DNA from: Bdellovibrio sp.
GTDB taxonomy: Bacteria > Bdellovibrionota > Bdellovibrionia > Bdellovibrionales > Bdellovibrionaceae
DNA: 64,000 nucleotides
Direction of reading: 5' to 3'
NCBI GenBank assembly: GCA_036677065.1
Contig: JAKFBS010000003.1
Coordinates: 433,573-497,572 of the forward strand
A program made the position numbers and the translations under genes. Each line of letters begins with the position of its first letter. The first letter of the stretch is position 1. The notes below the pieces were generated by a model, which searched no databases, had not been told where the DNA came from, and was given only the letters and a program-made list of their open reading frames with translations. Of the stretch, positions 23,996 through 33,093 are shown one piece after another.

Positions 23996-24193
23996 TTGTA
24001 ATTAGAAAAAAACGAGATTGATAAAATCATCAAAGAAAAAAGAATTAGTGATCTTGAGCTGCTTTGATGACTTATATAGAAAATTTGCCAACGAAAATTC
24101 AGAACATGGATACAATAATATTTAAATAGTGCTTCAGGTATTTCTATATGCTTTGTTATATCTGCAATATCATAGCTTTATTCTGATGTTAGT

Positions 24194-24207
24194 ATGACTT
24201 ATGTCAT
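24194..24207. promoter_or_regulatory. Crp/Fnr-type box upstream of korA
   Basis: ATGAC-TTAT-GTCAT palindrome centred 41.5 bp before the ATG at 24242. Confidence 0.75.
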
Positions 24208-24241
24208 ATCTAAATCATAATAGGTCGACAAAAATAGAAGC

Positions 24242-26065
24242 ATGTCTGTTAGTGTAAACAACTTTTCAATAAAAATAGCGACTGTCAATGGCAGTGGCTC
24301 ACAAACTTCGAATCAAATTTTGCTTAAATCTTTATTTCGAGCAGGAATACCTGTAGGCGCAAAAAATATTTTTCCTTCTAATATTCAAGGTATGCCGACG
24401 TGGTATTATTTACGGGCTTCTGAAGCGGGGTATACCGGCTTACAGCTTAAAGCCGATATTACAGTAGCTTTGAATGATCAAACATTGATCGACGATCATC
24501 AGAATGCTCAGGCAGGCAGTGTTTTTATTTTTGATAGCAAAAGTAAAAATACATTCGCTGCAAGTCGCGATGATTTGTTTTATATTTCAGTTCCTTTTTC
24601 TGAATTGGCGGGGCAGGCGTCTGAACAAGTTAAATACAAAAAATATTTAGTTAATTCTGTTTATGTCGGAGTTGTCTCTGAGTTGTTGAGAATGCCTTCT
24701 AATCTTGTGGAGGAAACGTTAACAGAATTCTTTTTAAAGAATGAAAATGTGCTACGGCAAAATCGTAATGCATTTAGTCTTGGTGTTAAATTCGTTAGAG
24801 AAAAACTTTCGGACATTCAACTTCCTGTCAAAATTGTGCCGACACAGAAAAATTCAAATCAAATGCTAATTGACGGCAATACAGCGGCAGCATTAGGTAT
24901 GCTCTATGGTGGGGCTACGTTTGCATCATGGTATCCGATAACTCCGTCAACGTCTCTGATGGAAAGTTTTGAAAAATTTTGTCAGAAGTATCGAATTTCA
25001 GATGATGGTAAAAATAATTTTTCCGTGATACAGGCTGAAGATGAACTATCAAGTATTTGTATGACCTTGGGTGCCGGTTGGAATGGGGCAAGGTCTTTCA
25101 CGGCCACATCTGGTCCGGGACTTAGTTTGATGCACGAAGCAGCTGGGTACGCTTATTATGCCGAAATTCCTTGTGTAATTTGGAACGTTCAACGCGCAGG
25201 TCCTTCGACAGGCATGCCGACGCGAAGTGCGCAGGGAGACATTTCTGCAGCCTACTATTCGTCACATGGGGATACGCATTTTCCACTTCTATTGCCTGGT
25301 CATCCAGAAGAGTGTTTTGAATTTGCACAACTGGCGTTGGATATTGCTGAAGGTTTGCAGACACTGGTTTATGTGTTGTCTGATTTAGATATAGGAATGA
25401 ATATCTGGAGAACTAATCAATTTAGGTTTTCTGATCAACGATTTAACCGGGGTAAAGTTTTAACATCCGAAAACTTGGAACAAATGGCACTTCAAGGTCA
25501 GCGTTACCAACGCTACTTTAGTGCAGAGAGTGATGGCGTCGCAGCACGAGCGTTGCCAGGAACAAGACACCCTGATGCGGCCTATTTAACCCGTGGATCT
25601 GGTCATAATATAAAAGGTGTCTATACAGAAAATGGGAATGAATATATCGAGGTCGTTGATCGTTTAGAAAAGAAATGGCAGCAGTCGGTATTGGTTTTGC
25701 CAGAACCAGTCATTCAAGATCAAGGGTTTGACGTAGGAATAGTCTGTTACGGATCGGCTACTGAAATTCTGCTAGAAACTATTCAGCTACTTTCGGAAAA
25801 AAATATTCATTGTGATTATTTACGAATTCGGTCATTGCCATTTCATAGCAAGGTCAAAGAGTACATCCAGCTAAAAAAAATGGTTTATGTTTTAGACTTG
25901 AATCAAAGCGGTCAGGTTTTTGATCTATTGAAGGTACATTATCCAGAGTATTGGCAAAGATTTAATTCTGTTAAGCATTATTCTGGAATACCCATGCAGG
26001 CTACAGAATTAGCGAACCGCATTGCCGAGAGCGAAAATAAAAATAAGGGAGCAGATAATGAGTAA
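24242..26065 (+). CDS. korA: 2-oxoacid:ferredoxin oxidoreductase alpha subunit (gamma-alpha fusion)
   Basis: TVNGSGSQ, WYPITPST, QAEDE, TATSGPG, QRAGPSTGMPT. Confidence 0.9.
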   Translation: MSVSVNNFSIKIATVNGSGSQTSNQILLKSLFRAGIPVGAKNIFPSNIQGMPTWYYLRASEAGYTGLQLKADITVALNDQTLIDDHQNAQAGSVFIFDSKSKNTFAASRDDLFYISVPFSELAGQASEQVKYKKYLVNSVYVGVVSELLRMPSNLVEETLTEFFLKNENVLRQNRNAFSLGVKFVREKLSDIQLPVKIVPTQKNSNQMLIDGNTAAALGMLYGGATFASWYPITPSTSLMESFEKFCQKYRISDDGKNNFSVIQAEDELSSICMTLGAGWNGARSFTATSGPGLSLMHEAAGYAYYAEIPCVIWNVQRAGPSTGMPTRSAQGDISAAYYSSHGDTHFPLLLPGHPEECFEFAQLALDIAEGLQTLVYVLSDLDIGMNIWRTNQFRFSDQRFNRGKVLTSENLEQMALQGQRYQRYFSAESDGVAARALPGTRHPDAAYLTRGSGHNIKGVYTENGNEYIEVVDRLEKKWQQSVLVLPEPVIQDQGFDVGIVCYGSATEILLETIQLLSEKNIHCDYLRIRSLPFHSKVKEYIQLKKMVYVLDLNQSGQVFDLLKVHYPEYWQRFNSVKHYSGIPMQATELANRIAESENKNKGADNE

Positions 26066-26975
26066 TTCTTCTCTGACTCGCGCTGATTACACAGGCGGAA
26101 AGTCAACGCTTTGCACGGGGTGCGGCCATGATCAAATCACACAAAATATTATTTCAGCTTTCTTTGAACTTGGCATTGACCCTTACGATGTTATTAAGAC
26201 TTCGGGCATTGGGTGTTCGTCAAAACTTCCGGGATACTTTATGTCAAAATCGCAGGGCATAAACTCAATGCACGGTCGTATGGCGCCAATAGCAACGGGA
26301 GCCCATGTTGCTAACACAAATCCAATCTATATCGGCATTAGTGGCGACGGTGATTCAGCCAGTATTGGTTTGGGTGGATTTGCCCATTTAATTCGTCGTA
26401 ATATAAAAATGATTTACATCGTGGCTAATAATGGTGTCTACGGATTAACCAAAGGACAATTTTCACCAACTGCGGATAAAAAATCGATCTTAAAATCGGG
26501 TCGAAAAAACTTTTATGAAGGTATTGATATATGCTCTTTTGCGCTTGAAATGGGTTGTGATTTTGTCGCTCGCACAGGGTCGTCAAATACAAAGTTGACT
26601 GTGAATATTTTAAAACAAGCAATTCAACATGCGGGCACTGCTATCATTGATATTGTTTCGCCGTGTATTACTTTTAATAATCACGAGGGTTCAACAAAAA
26701 GTTACGATTATCTTAAAGAGCAAAATTTGCCGCTAGAAGAAGTGATACATAGTTTACCTGCATATGATGCCAAAGATAAAAGGTTGGCGGTGCGTCTTTT
26801 AGCCGAAGCAAAAGAGAAAGAAAAAATTCTAACAGGGCTCCTTTATAGGAATGAAAATTCAGAGCCATTTCATCAACATACAAATTTAACAGCTACGCCG
26901 CTGCGTGAGCTCAATGAACAACAGCTACGTCCGTCAATCACAGATTTACAGAAACTTATTCAATCATTCACATAA
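26058..26975 (+). CDS. korB: 2-oxoacid:ferredoxin oxidoreductase beta subunit
   Basis: CTGCGH, SGIGCS, HGR, SGDGD...NNGVYGLTKGQ TPP motif; ATG at 26058 after GGGAG. Confidence 0.9.
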   Translation: MSNSSLTRADYTGGKSTLCTGCGHDQITQNIISAFFELGIDPYDVIKTSGIGCSSKLPGYFMSKSQGINSMHGRMAPIATGAHVANTNPIYIGISGDGDSASIGLGGFAHLIRRNIKMIYIVANNGVYGLTKGQFSPTADKKSILKSGRKNFYEGIDICSFALEMGCDFVARTGSSNTKLTVNILKQAIQHAGTAIIDIVSPCITFNNHEGSTKSYDYLKEQNLPLEEVIHSLPAYDAKDKRLAVRLLAEAKEKEKILTGLLYRNENSEPFHQHTNLTATPLRELNEQQLRPSITDLQKLIQSFT

Positions 26976-26986
26976 CAAAGGAATAT

Positions 26987-28153
26987 ATGAAAAACTTTAA
27001 TCCAGGCGACATTTTTAATATTGAAAATTTACTTAGCGATGAAGAAAGAGATATTCAGAAATCAGTGCGACACTTTGTTTCAAAAGAGATAATTCCAACT
27101 ATAGCTGAAGATTACGAAGCGGGCCGTTTTCCGATGAAGCTTATTTCGCAACTGGCCGAGATGGGAACGCTAGGAGCAACTATTAAAGGATACGGTTGCG
27201 CCGGGCTGAGCTACACATCTTACGGTGTTATTATGCAAGAACTTGAGCGTGGTGATTCAGGCATACGTTCATTTGTCAGCGTTCAAGGTGCACTGTGTAT
27301 GTTTCCAATTTATGCATTCGGTACCGAAGAACAAAAGAAAAAATATCTGCCGAAGATGGCAAAGGGAGAGTTGATAGGCTGCTTTGGGTTGACCGAACCT
27401 GACTACGGTTCAAATCCTGGCGGCATGATCACGCGTGCGACAAAAGATGGTAATGATTATGTTATTAATGGTGCAAAAATGTGGATCACGAATGGCGGTT
27501 TTTCTGATCTGGCCATTGTCTGGGCGAAGGATGATGATAAAAAGATTCGTGGTTTTATCGTCGACCGTGAAACACCCGGTTTTTCGGTTCGTGATATTCA
27601 AAAAAAATTTTCACTCAAAGCTTCGGTCACATCTGAATTAATTTTTGATAATGTGCGAGTTCCAGCATCACAAGCTCTTGAAGTTCAGGGTTTAAAAGGC
27701 CCATTTGCCTGTTTGAATAATGCCCGTTTTGGAATTTCATGGGGAGCGATCGGCGCTGCTATGGCTTGTTATGATGAAGGCTTGAATTATGCAAAGACCA
27801 GAGTTCAGTTTGACAAACCTATTGCTGGTTATCAATTAGTGCAGGCAAAACTTGCTAATATGATTACAGAAATAACCAAGGCACAACTTTTGGCAGTGCA
27901 ACTTGGGCGCTTGAAAGATGCAGGTAAGGCCTTACCAGTTCAAATTTCGATGGCTAAAATGAATAACGTATCAATGGCACTGGATTGTGCCAGGGTAACT
28001 CGAGACATTCTTGGAGCCAGCGGCATTACTTACGAATATCAGTGTGGCCGTCATCTGTTAAATTTAGAGAGTGTGAATACGTACGAAGGCACTGAAGATA
28101 TACATAGATTAATTATTGGTGAGTATATCACCGGTATACCAGCATACAGATAG
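26987..28153 (+). CDS. gcdH: Acyl-CoA dehydrogenase, glutaryl-CoA dehydrogenase-like
   Basis: ELERGDSGIRSFVSVQ, CFGLTEPDYGS, KMWITN, LESVNTYEGTEDIH are GCDH-type signatures. Confidence 0.78.
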   Translation: MKNFNPGDIFNIENLLSDEERDIQKSVRHFVSKEIIPTIAEDYEAGRFPMKLISQLAEMGTLGATIKGYGCAGLSYTSYGVIMQELERGDSGIRSFVSVQGALCMFPIYAFGTEEQKKKYLPKMAKGELIGCFGLTEPDYGSNPGGMITRATKDGNDYVINGAKMWITNGGFSDLAIVWAKDDDKKIRGFIVDRETPGFSVRDIQKKFSLKASVTSELIFDNVRVPASQALEVQGLKGPFACLNNARFGISWGAIGAAMACYDEGLNYAKTRVQFDKPIAGYQLVQAKLANMITEITKAQLLAVQLGRLKDAGKALPVQISMAKMNNVSMALDCARVTRDILGASGITYEYQCGRHLLNLESVNTYEGTEDIHRLIIGEYITGIPAYR

Positions 28154-28161
28154 GAGCCTGT

Positions 28162-29088
28162 ATGGGAAAAAACAAATTACCGATTGTGTATTCGTGTTCG
28201 GGCTGTTCGACGGCGGCACAAATGGCGAATCAGATTGCGATAAAGATGGATCGCGATAAAATCGCTGAAATGAGTTGTATCGCAGGCGTTGGAGGTGATG
28301 TTCCAAGCTTGGTACGTGTTGCTAAAACTGCTGAAACGATAATTGCTCTTGATGGATGTCAGCTTAAATGCACGCAAAACATCTTAGCTCGGCACGGTAT
28401 TAAGCCGAATCATCATATTGTTTTATCTGATTTAGGCGTTGTAAAACGCCTTCATCAAGATTTTGATCCGCAAGAAGCTGAAAATGTTTATGAAAAAGTC
28501 ACTGCATTGTTAAAGCCTGATTATATGGCGGAACAAGACTTACTGGAGAATAAAATTTTGATACGCGAACCATTCGCGGAATATTTAAAAGCGACCGAGT
28601 CTGAATATAGTTTTGCAATTACATTATTAGACGTAGTTCGATTTGCAGGGCATGCCTGCCCATCGATGATTGGGGCTTTTCTGATAGCTAAAGTGGCGAC
28701 ACGAGATTTATTTCCAGATGAAGTTGTGCTTCGGGGTGATGTACAAATAGCAACAGTAAATTCAGTTGAATCCGGTGCAACGGGGCCTATCTGTAATGTT
28801 TTTTCGATGATTTTTGGCTCATGGGGAGCCAGTGGCTTTGGTGGTTTATCAGGACAATTTCGCCGAAGAGATTTACTTGAGTATGAAAATCCACATGTTC
28901 CAAGCGGGGCATTTCGGTTTCGTCGTTTATCTACGGGAAAAATTATTGATGTCTATTATACTCCGGGTGAAGCCTTTACTCTTGATGACAAACCCACAGA
29001 TCCATTTCCACTCAATTGGCGTAAAATGATTAAGAAAATATTAGTAAACTCAAATCAATGTGTAAAAGTAGTCGAGGTTTCAGATTGA
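28162..29088 (+). CDS. Fusion of a DGC putative Zn-binding domain and an FmdE-like domain
   Basis: N-terminal YSCSGCS..CIAGVGG..DGCQLKC; C-terminal VRFAGHACP..GA. Confidence 0.65.
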   Translation: MGKNKLPIVYSCSGCSTAAQMANQIAIKMDRDKIAEMSCIAGVGGDVPSLVRVAKTAETIIALDGCQLKCTQNILARHGIKPNHHIVLSDLGVVKRLHQDFDPQEAENVYEKVTALLKPDYMAEQDLLENKILIREPFAEYLKATESEYSFAITLLDVVRFAGHACPSMIGAFLIAKVATRDLFPDEVVLRGDVQIATVNSVESGATGPICNVFSMIFGSWGASGFGGLSGQFRRRDLLEYENPHVPSGAFRFRRLSTGKIIDVYYTPGEAFTLDDKPTDPFPLNWRKMIKKILVNSNQCVKVVEVSD

Positions 29089-29111
29089 GAGCTGCGAAGA
29101 AAGGCGTAACA

Positions 29112-30239
29112 TCACTTCGCACTGTTTAGCATTTTAACAGACCACGCACCGATTGAAACAATGAATAACACTATGGCGATTTGCACGGATAATGAAGTCA
29201 CTTGATAACCTGCGCTGTATCTGAGTATGCTGGCACTGACAAGACATGCAGTGAAAGTCATAACTCGTTTTGATGAAACTTCATAATCGAGTGATTCTCC
29301 ACCGTGGGCTAAAACTACCCGTGTAGAAATAAGTAACGTAACCAGAACAAAACCACCAATATACAGAACATGAAGACCAGCTAAGGGGCTGCCAAAATAC
29401 GGAGCTGAAAGAAGCGTACCAAGCGGCAGTAGCGCAGTTGAGATTTTTAAACCAACACCCACGGCTGTCCATTTGACGGGTTTGGCGAGAATGCTGAAGT
29501 TTTTAAAGAGTACGTATGTGATGATTAAGGTACGCGAAATAAGGCTGAAATTTTCAAAACCTAAAAGTTGGGTGATGAATGTTAAATTAAACATGACAAC
29601 CAAAATAAGTGTATTAAAAAACTGCGGTGGGTTCTGAGAAGCCTGATTTGGCATTAAAGCATTTGGTAAGCGTGAGATCACAGGGATAAGCCGGCTTCCA
29701 AGTCCAAGAATAAGATTCAGTATGAAGGCTTCTCCACTTAACAAAAGTAAGACAGATCGATCAGCGTTAAAACTATAAATCAAAGAGCCCGCAAGCGATA
29801 TCAGGAGTGCCGCTGGGATAAATAGAATACTGGCGAATGGCATTTTTTTAGCTTTAGTAAAACGCCGTGTGATGAAATAGATAAGAAAAAGCTGCTGAAA
29901 AATAACTAAATAAGACGAGGGTAGTATTTCGTTACGAAGGGTGAGAGTTAACTGCAACATACAAAGTAATATCGCAATAGAAACTTCAGCAATTGTCGCC
30001 GTAAATGTTGAGGTCATTTTTGGAATAGCGGTCATTAAAAAACCAGCAATAAAAGCCCACATAAAGCCAAAGTACATTAGATTTCCGTGTGCAAAATTAG
30101 GATAAAAGCTAATCATGCGAAATTGAACAAAGATCCAAAGTAAAATGCCGACGAATGAGCATAGAATTCCGATTGGAAAAAGAATTCTGTAAGGTTCTAC
30201 ATCAAAAGAGTCTGACTGGTTACTTTGTTCTGTATTCAT
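29112..30239 (-). CDS. nnrS: NnrS-family membrane protein (NO stress)
   Basis: EPYRILFP, HGNLMYFGF..GFLMTAIP, LHVLYIGG, RVVLAHGG; multi-TM; in the nirK operon. Confidence 0.8.
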   Translation of the reverse strand: MNTEQSNQSDSFDVEPYRILFPIGILCSFVGILLWIFVQFRMISFYPNFAHGNLMYFGFMWAFIAGFLMTAIPKMTSTFTATIAEVSIAILLCMLQLTLTLRNEILPSSYLVIFQQLFLIYFITRRFTKAKKMPFASILFIPAALLISLAGSLIYSFNADRSVLLLLSGEAFILNLILGLGSRLIPVISRLPNALMPNQASQNPPQFFNTLILVVMFNLTFITQLLGFENFSLISRTLIITYVLFKNFSILAKPVKWTAVGVGLKISTALLPLGTLLSAPYFGSPLAGLHVLYIGGFVLVTLLISTRVVLAHGGESLDYEVSSKRVMTFTACLVSASILRYSAGYQVTSLSVQIAIVLFIVSIGAWSVKMLNSAK

Positions 30240-30245
30240 AAGTAC

Positions 30246-30806
30246 CTATTTTTTTAGTTTTCTGTGAGCTTGTAGAGCCTCGACTAATTTATCTGAATCA
30301 GCATTTAAGTTATCGATTGAAGATAAAACTTCGCCACCTGGTCCTAATAGTGTAATGAGATTGCTGTGCGAAAAATCGCCATCGCCAAGATCTTTATAGC
30401 TAATTCCTAACGTAACGGCTAACTCGCGTGCATCCGCTTCGGATTCTGCTGCCAAAAAATGCCATTTTTTGACATCAAGTTTTTTATCGGCCTGATATTT
30501 TTTTAGTTTATCAGGTCGATCGCTTTTTACATCGAACGACGAAAGAATAACCTGCACATCGGTTACATTTTTGGCTTTAAAGTCTTTAAGTATTTTTTGC
30601 ATTTTGGCAATCGTCAAAGGGCATGCATGGGCGCAGCCTGTATAGACCATAGCAATAAGTGAATAAGTTGATCCGACGGTAGATGCAATCGTAACTTTTT
30701 TATTTTCTGTCGTTAACCAGAAAGATTCAATATCTGCCAAGCTTGCAGATAAACTAATTTGTGTGAAAGTAAAAATTGTTAAAAAAAGTTTTAGTTTTTG
30801 TTTCAT
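30246..30806 (-). CDS. SCO1/SenC copper chaperone
   Basis: Signal peptide, YTGCAHACP (CxxxC), FSHSN His ligand. Confidence 0.9.
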   Translation of the reverse strand: MKQKLKLFLTIFTFTQISLSASLADIESFWLTTENKKVTIASTVGSTYSLIAMVYTGCAHACPLTIAKMQKILKDFKAKNVTDVQVILSSFDVKSDRPDKLKKYQADKKLDVKKWHFLAAESEADARELAVTLGISYKDLGDGDFSHSNLITLLGPGGEVLSSIDNLNADSDKLVEALQAHRKLKK

Positions 30807-30818
30807 AATATGCTCCTT

Positions 30819-31592
30819 TTAAAGTGCGCAGCGAAATCCTAAATTCCAGATTGAGTTTTTTCCTTTTAAACTAGATCTAAAAGCAAAACGCATAAATGCA
30901 GCATAGTTTTCTTTGTCGTTGGATGCTAATGCGCCAGCACCACAAAACATATCTTTATTAAATGAACTGTCTTCGCGACTTTCGCCGGTGACAAATGTTG
31001 TGTTGAAGTCTTCAATCCATTCCCAGACAAGGCCGTGCATGTCATATGCACCATAAATATTTTTATAAACAGAACCGACCGATTTAATTTGGTCAGTTTG
31101 TGGTTCTCCGTACCAAGCCAAGATGCGACTTAAGAATTTTTCATCTTTATTAGCATCTTTTTTGTTTTCTGATGCGGCCGCGGCATATTCCCATTCGTTC
31201 AGAGTGGGTAGTCTTAAACCATGTGACTTGCAAAATGCACGTGCCGAAAACCAGCTGACATTTGTAACTGGTGATGAGCCTGGTGATTTTTCAAGATTAT
31301 TTAAATAATTGCCATCAGTAAAAAGCGAACTTGCTGTAACTTTCTGCCATTGAGTACTTTTGTTAAGAAAATCTTGATATTGTTTAACAGTCACAGCCTT
31401 TGGCATGAGTTGAAATTTATTAACACGAATAAACGCACGTGTAGTTTTTGTTTCGTTTTTTGTTTTAACAGACATCGGCGATAACCAGATGGCTTCAAGT
31501 TGGCCAGCTGGTACCGCGATTAATTCTATGGCGCTAGCCTGTGTTACCCAAGCTAAATTAAATATAAAAAGTACGCGCCATAGTTGTTTCAT
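30819..31592 (-). CDS. FGE-sulfatase-domain protein (NirV-like)
   Basis: PVTNVSW..ARAFC, RLPTLNEWEYAA, YDMHGLVWEW, LGFRC; directly downstream of nirK. Confidence 0.85.
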   Translation of the reverse strand: MKQLWRVLFIFNLAWVTQASAIELIAVPAGQLEAIWLSPMSVKTKNETKTTRAFIRVNKFQLMPKAVTVKQYQDFLNKSTQWQKVTASSLFTDGNYLNNLEKSPGSSPVTNVSWFSARAFCKSHGLRLPTLNEWEYAAAASENKKDANKDEKFLSRILAWYGEPQTDQIKSVGSVYKNIYGAYDMHGLVWEWIEDFNTTFVTGESREDSSFNKDMFCGAGALASNDKENYAAFMRFAFRSSLKGKNSIWNLGFRCAL

Positions 31593-31594
31593 GA

Positions 31595-33016
31595 CTAGTG
31601 TTCTCCTTCACCAGTTTGTTGCCCGTTAGCTTTAGGAACAGCTGCAGCTTCTTCTTTAGTGTATTTGCGTTTTTTATTACCCCAGTTGTTTGATACATAA
31701 GTTAGAACATTTGCGATATCAGCATCTGATAAACCTAAAGATGGCATAACAGCATTAAATGGTTGACCATTAACTGTGATTTTTCCGGTAAGACCATTTT
31801 TAACTACGCTAATCGCTCTTTTGTGATCAGTATTGAAGTAATCAGAGTTCGCCAGAGGAGGGAACGCACCTGTGATGCCTTTACCATCAGGTTGGTGGCA
31901 GGCGGCGCAGTTGTTTGCATACACTGTTTTACCAAGTTTAATTTGATCTTCAATATTGGCTGCCGTTGCAATTTTTTCTTTGTCAGCAATTTTTTGAATT
32001 GCTCCACCTTCAGGTAGATAGATATTGTCTGCAGTTTTTCCTGTGAAAATTTCTTTATTTTCAGCGCCTTCGACTTTCATGATTCCTAAGGCACCTTTAT
32101 TGAAAGCTCTGAAAATTGAGTGATCTACCAGAACAAGATTGCTAGGCACTTCAACCTTAAACTCAACGATAGCTGAACCACCGGCAGGAACTAGAGTCGT
32201 TTGAATATTAGTATTATACTCTGATGCGCCCTCTTTATAGACCTTATCAAATATTTCGCCGATAATGTGAAAAGAAGAAACTAAGTTAGGGCCACCGTTA
32301 CCAACAAAGAGACGTACAGTTTCACCCACGTTAGCTTTGATCGCATTATCGCCAGATAGCGAGCTTGTTGATCCGTTAAATACGACATATGTCGGTTTTT
32401 CATCAACAGCTTTAGCCATGTCAAATGGTTGATAGCCTTGAACGCCAAATTTTCCTTTAGTGTAGAAGTCACCTTGCATGACATAGTATTCGCGATCAAC
32501 TTTAGGCATTCCTTTTTTTGGTTCGACTAAAATTAAACCATACATACCGTTAGCGATATGCATACCAACCGGTGCAGTTGCACAGTGGTAGACATATAGG
32601 CCTGGATTGATGGCTTTAAATGAGAAAACGCTTTCATGTCCTGGTGAAGTAAACGAAGCCGCGGCACCGCCGCCTTGCCCAGTTACGGCGTGTAAGTCGA
32701 TATTATGTGGCATTTTAGAGCTTGGGTGATTTTTTAAGTGAAACTCAACATCATCACCTTCACGAATTCGGATAAAGCTGCCAGGCACAGTACCGCCGAA
32801 AGTCCAAAATGTGTAATCAACGCCATCTGAAATTTTCATCTTCTTTTCGATCACTTCAAGATGCACCACGAGTTTTACTGATTTACTACGTGTAATTTGT
32901 GGTGGTACGTGCGGTGGAGCCGTCAACACTGCAACTTCGCTATCCTTGCTACTAGCTAATGCCATATTACCAGCAAGCATAAGCAGTATTATTATTTTGA
33001 ACTTTAACGATATCAT
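31595..33016 (-). CDS. nirK: Copper nitrite reductase with C-terminal cytochrome c domain
   Basis: [30 protein letters not shown] Cu and catalytic ligands; C-terminal CAACH...M. Confidence 0.96.
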   Translation of the reverse strand: MISLKFKIIILLMLAGNMALASSKDSEVAVLTAPPHVPPQITRSKSVKLVVHLEVIEKKMKISDGVDYTFWTFGGTVPGSFIRIREGDDVEFHLKNHPSSKMPHNIDLHAVTGQGGGAAASFTSPGHESVFSFKAINPGLYVYHCATAPVGMHIANGMYGLILVEPKKGMPKVDREYYVMQGDFYTKGKFGVQGYQPFDMAKAVDEKPTYVVFNGSTSSLSGDNAIKANVGETVRLFVGNGGPNLVSSFHIIGEIFDKVYKEGASEYNTNIQTTLVPAGGSAIVEFKVEVPSNLVLVDHSIFRAFNKGALGIMKVEGAENKEIFTGKTADNIYLPEGGAIQKIADKEKIATAANIEDQIKLGKTVYANNCAACHQPDGKGITGAFPPLANSDYFNTDHKRAISVVKNGLTGKITVNGQPFNAVMPSLGLSDADIANVLTYVSNNWGNKKRKYTKEEAAAVPKANGQQTGEGEH

Positions 33017-33069
33017 AATCTCTCCCTTCGAGATGACTACAGGTTATACGAGTTATGAATAATAAAACC

Positions 33070-33083
33070 ATGATTTAGATCAT
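33070..33083. promoter_or_regulatory. Crp/Fnr-type box upstream of nirK
   Basis: ATGAT-TTAG-ATCAT; minus-strand -10 candidates TAACCT (33046-33041) or TATAAC (33048-33043). Confidence 0.82.
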
Positions 33084-33093
33084 GTTAGGCGAA

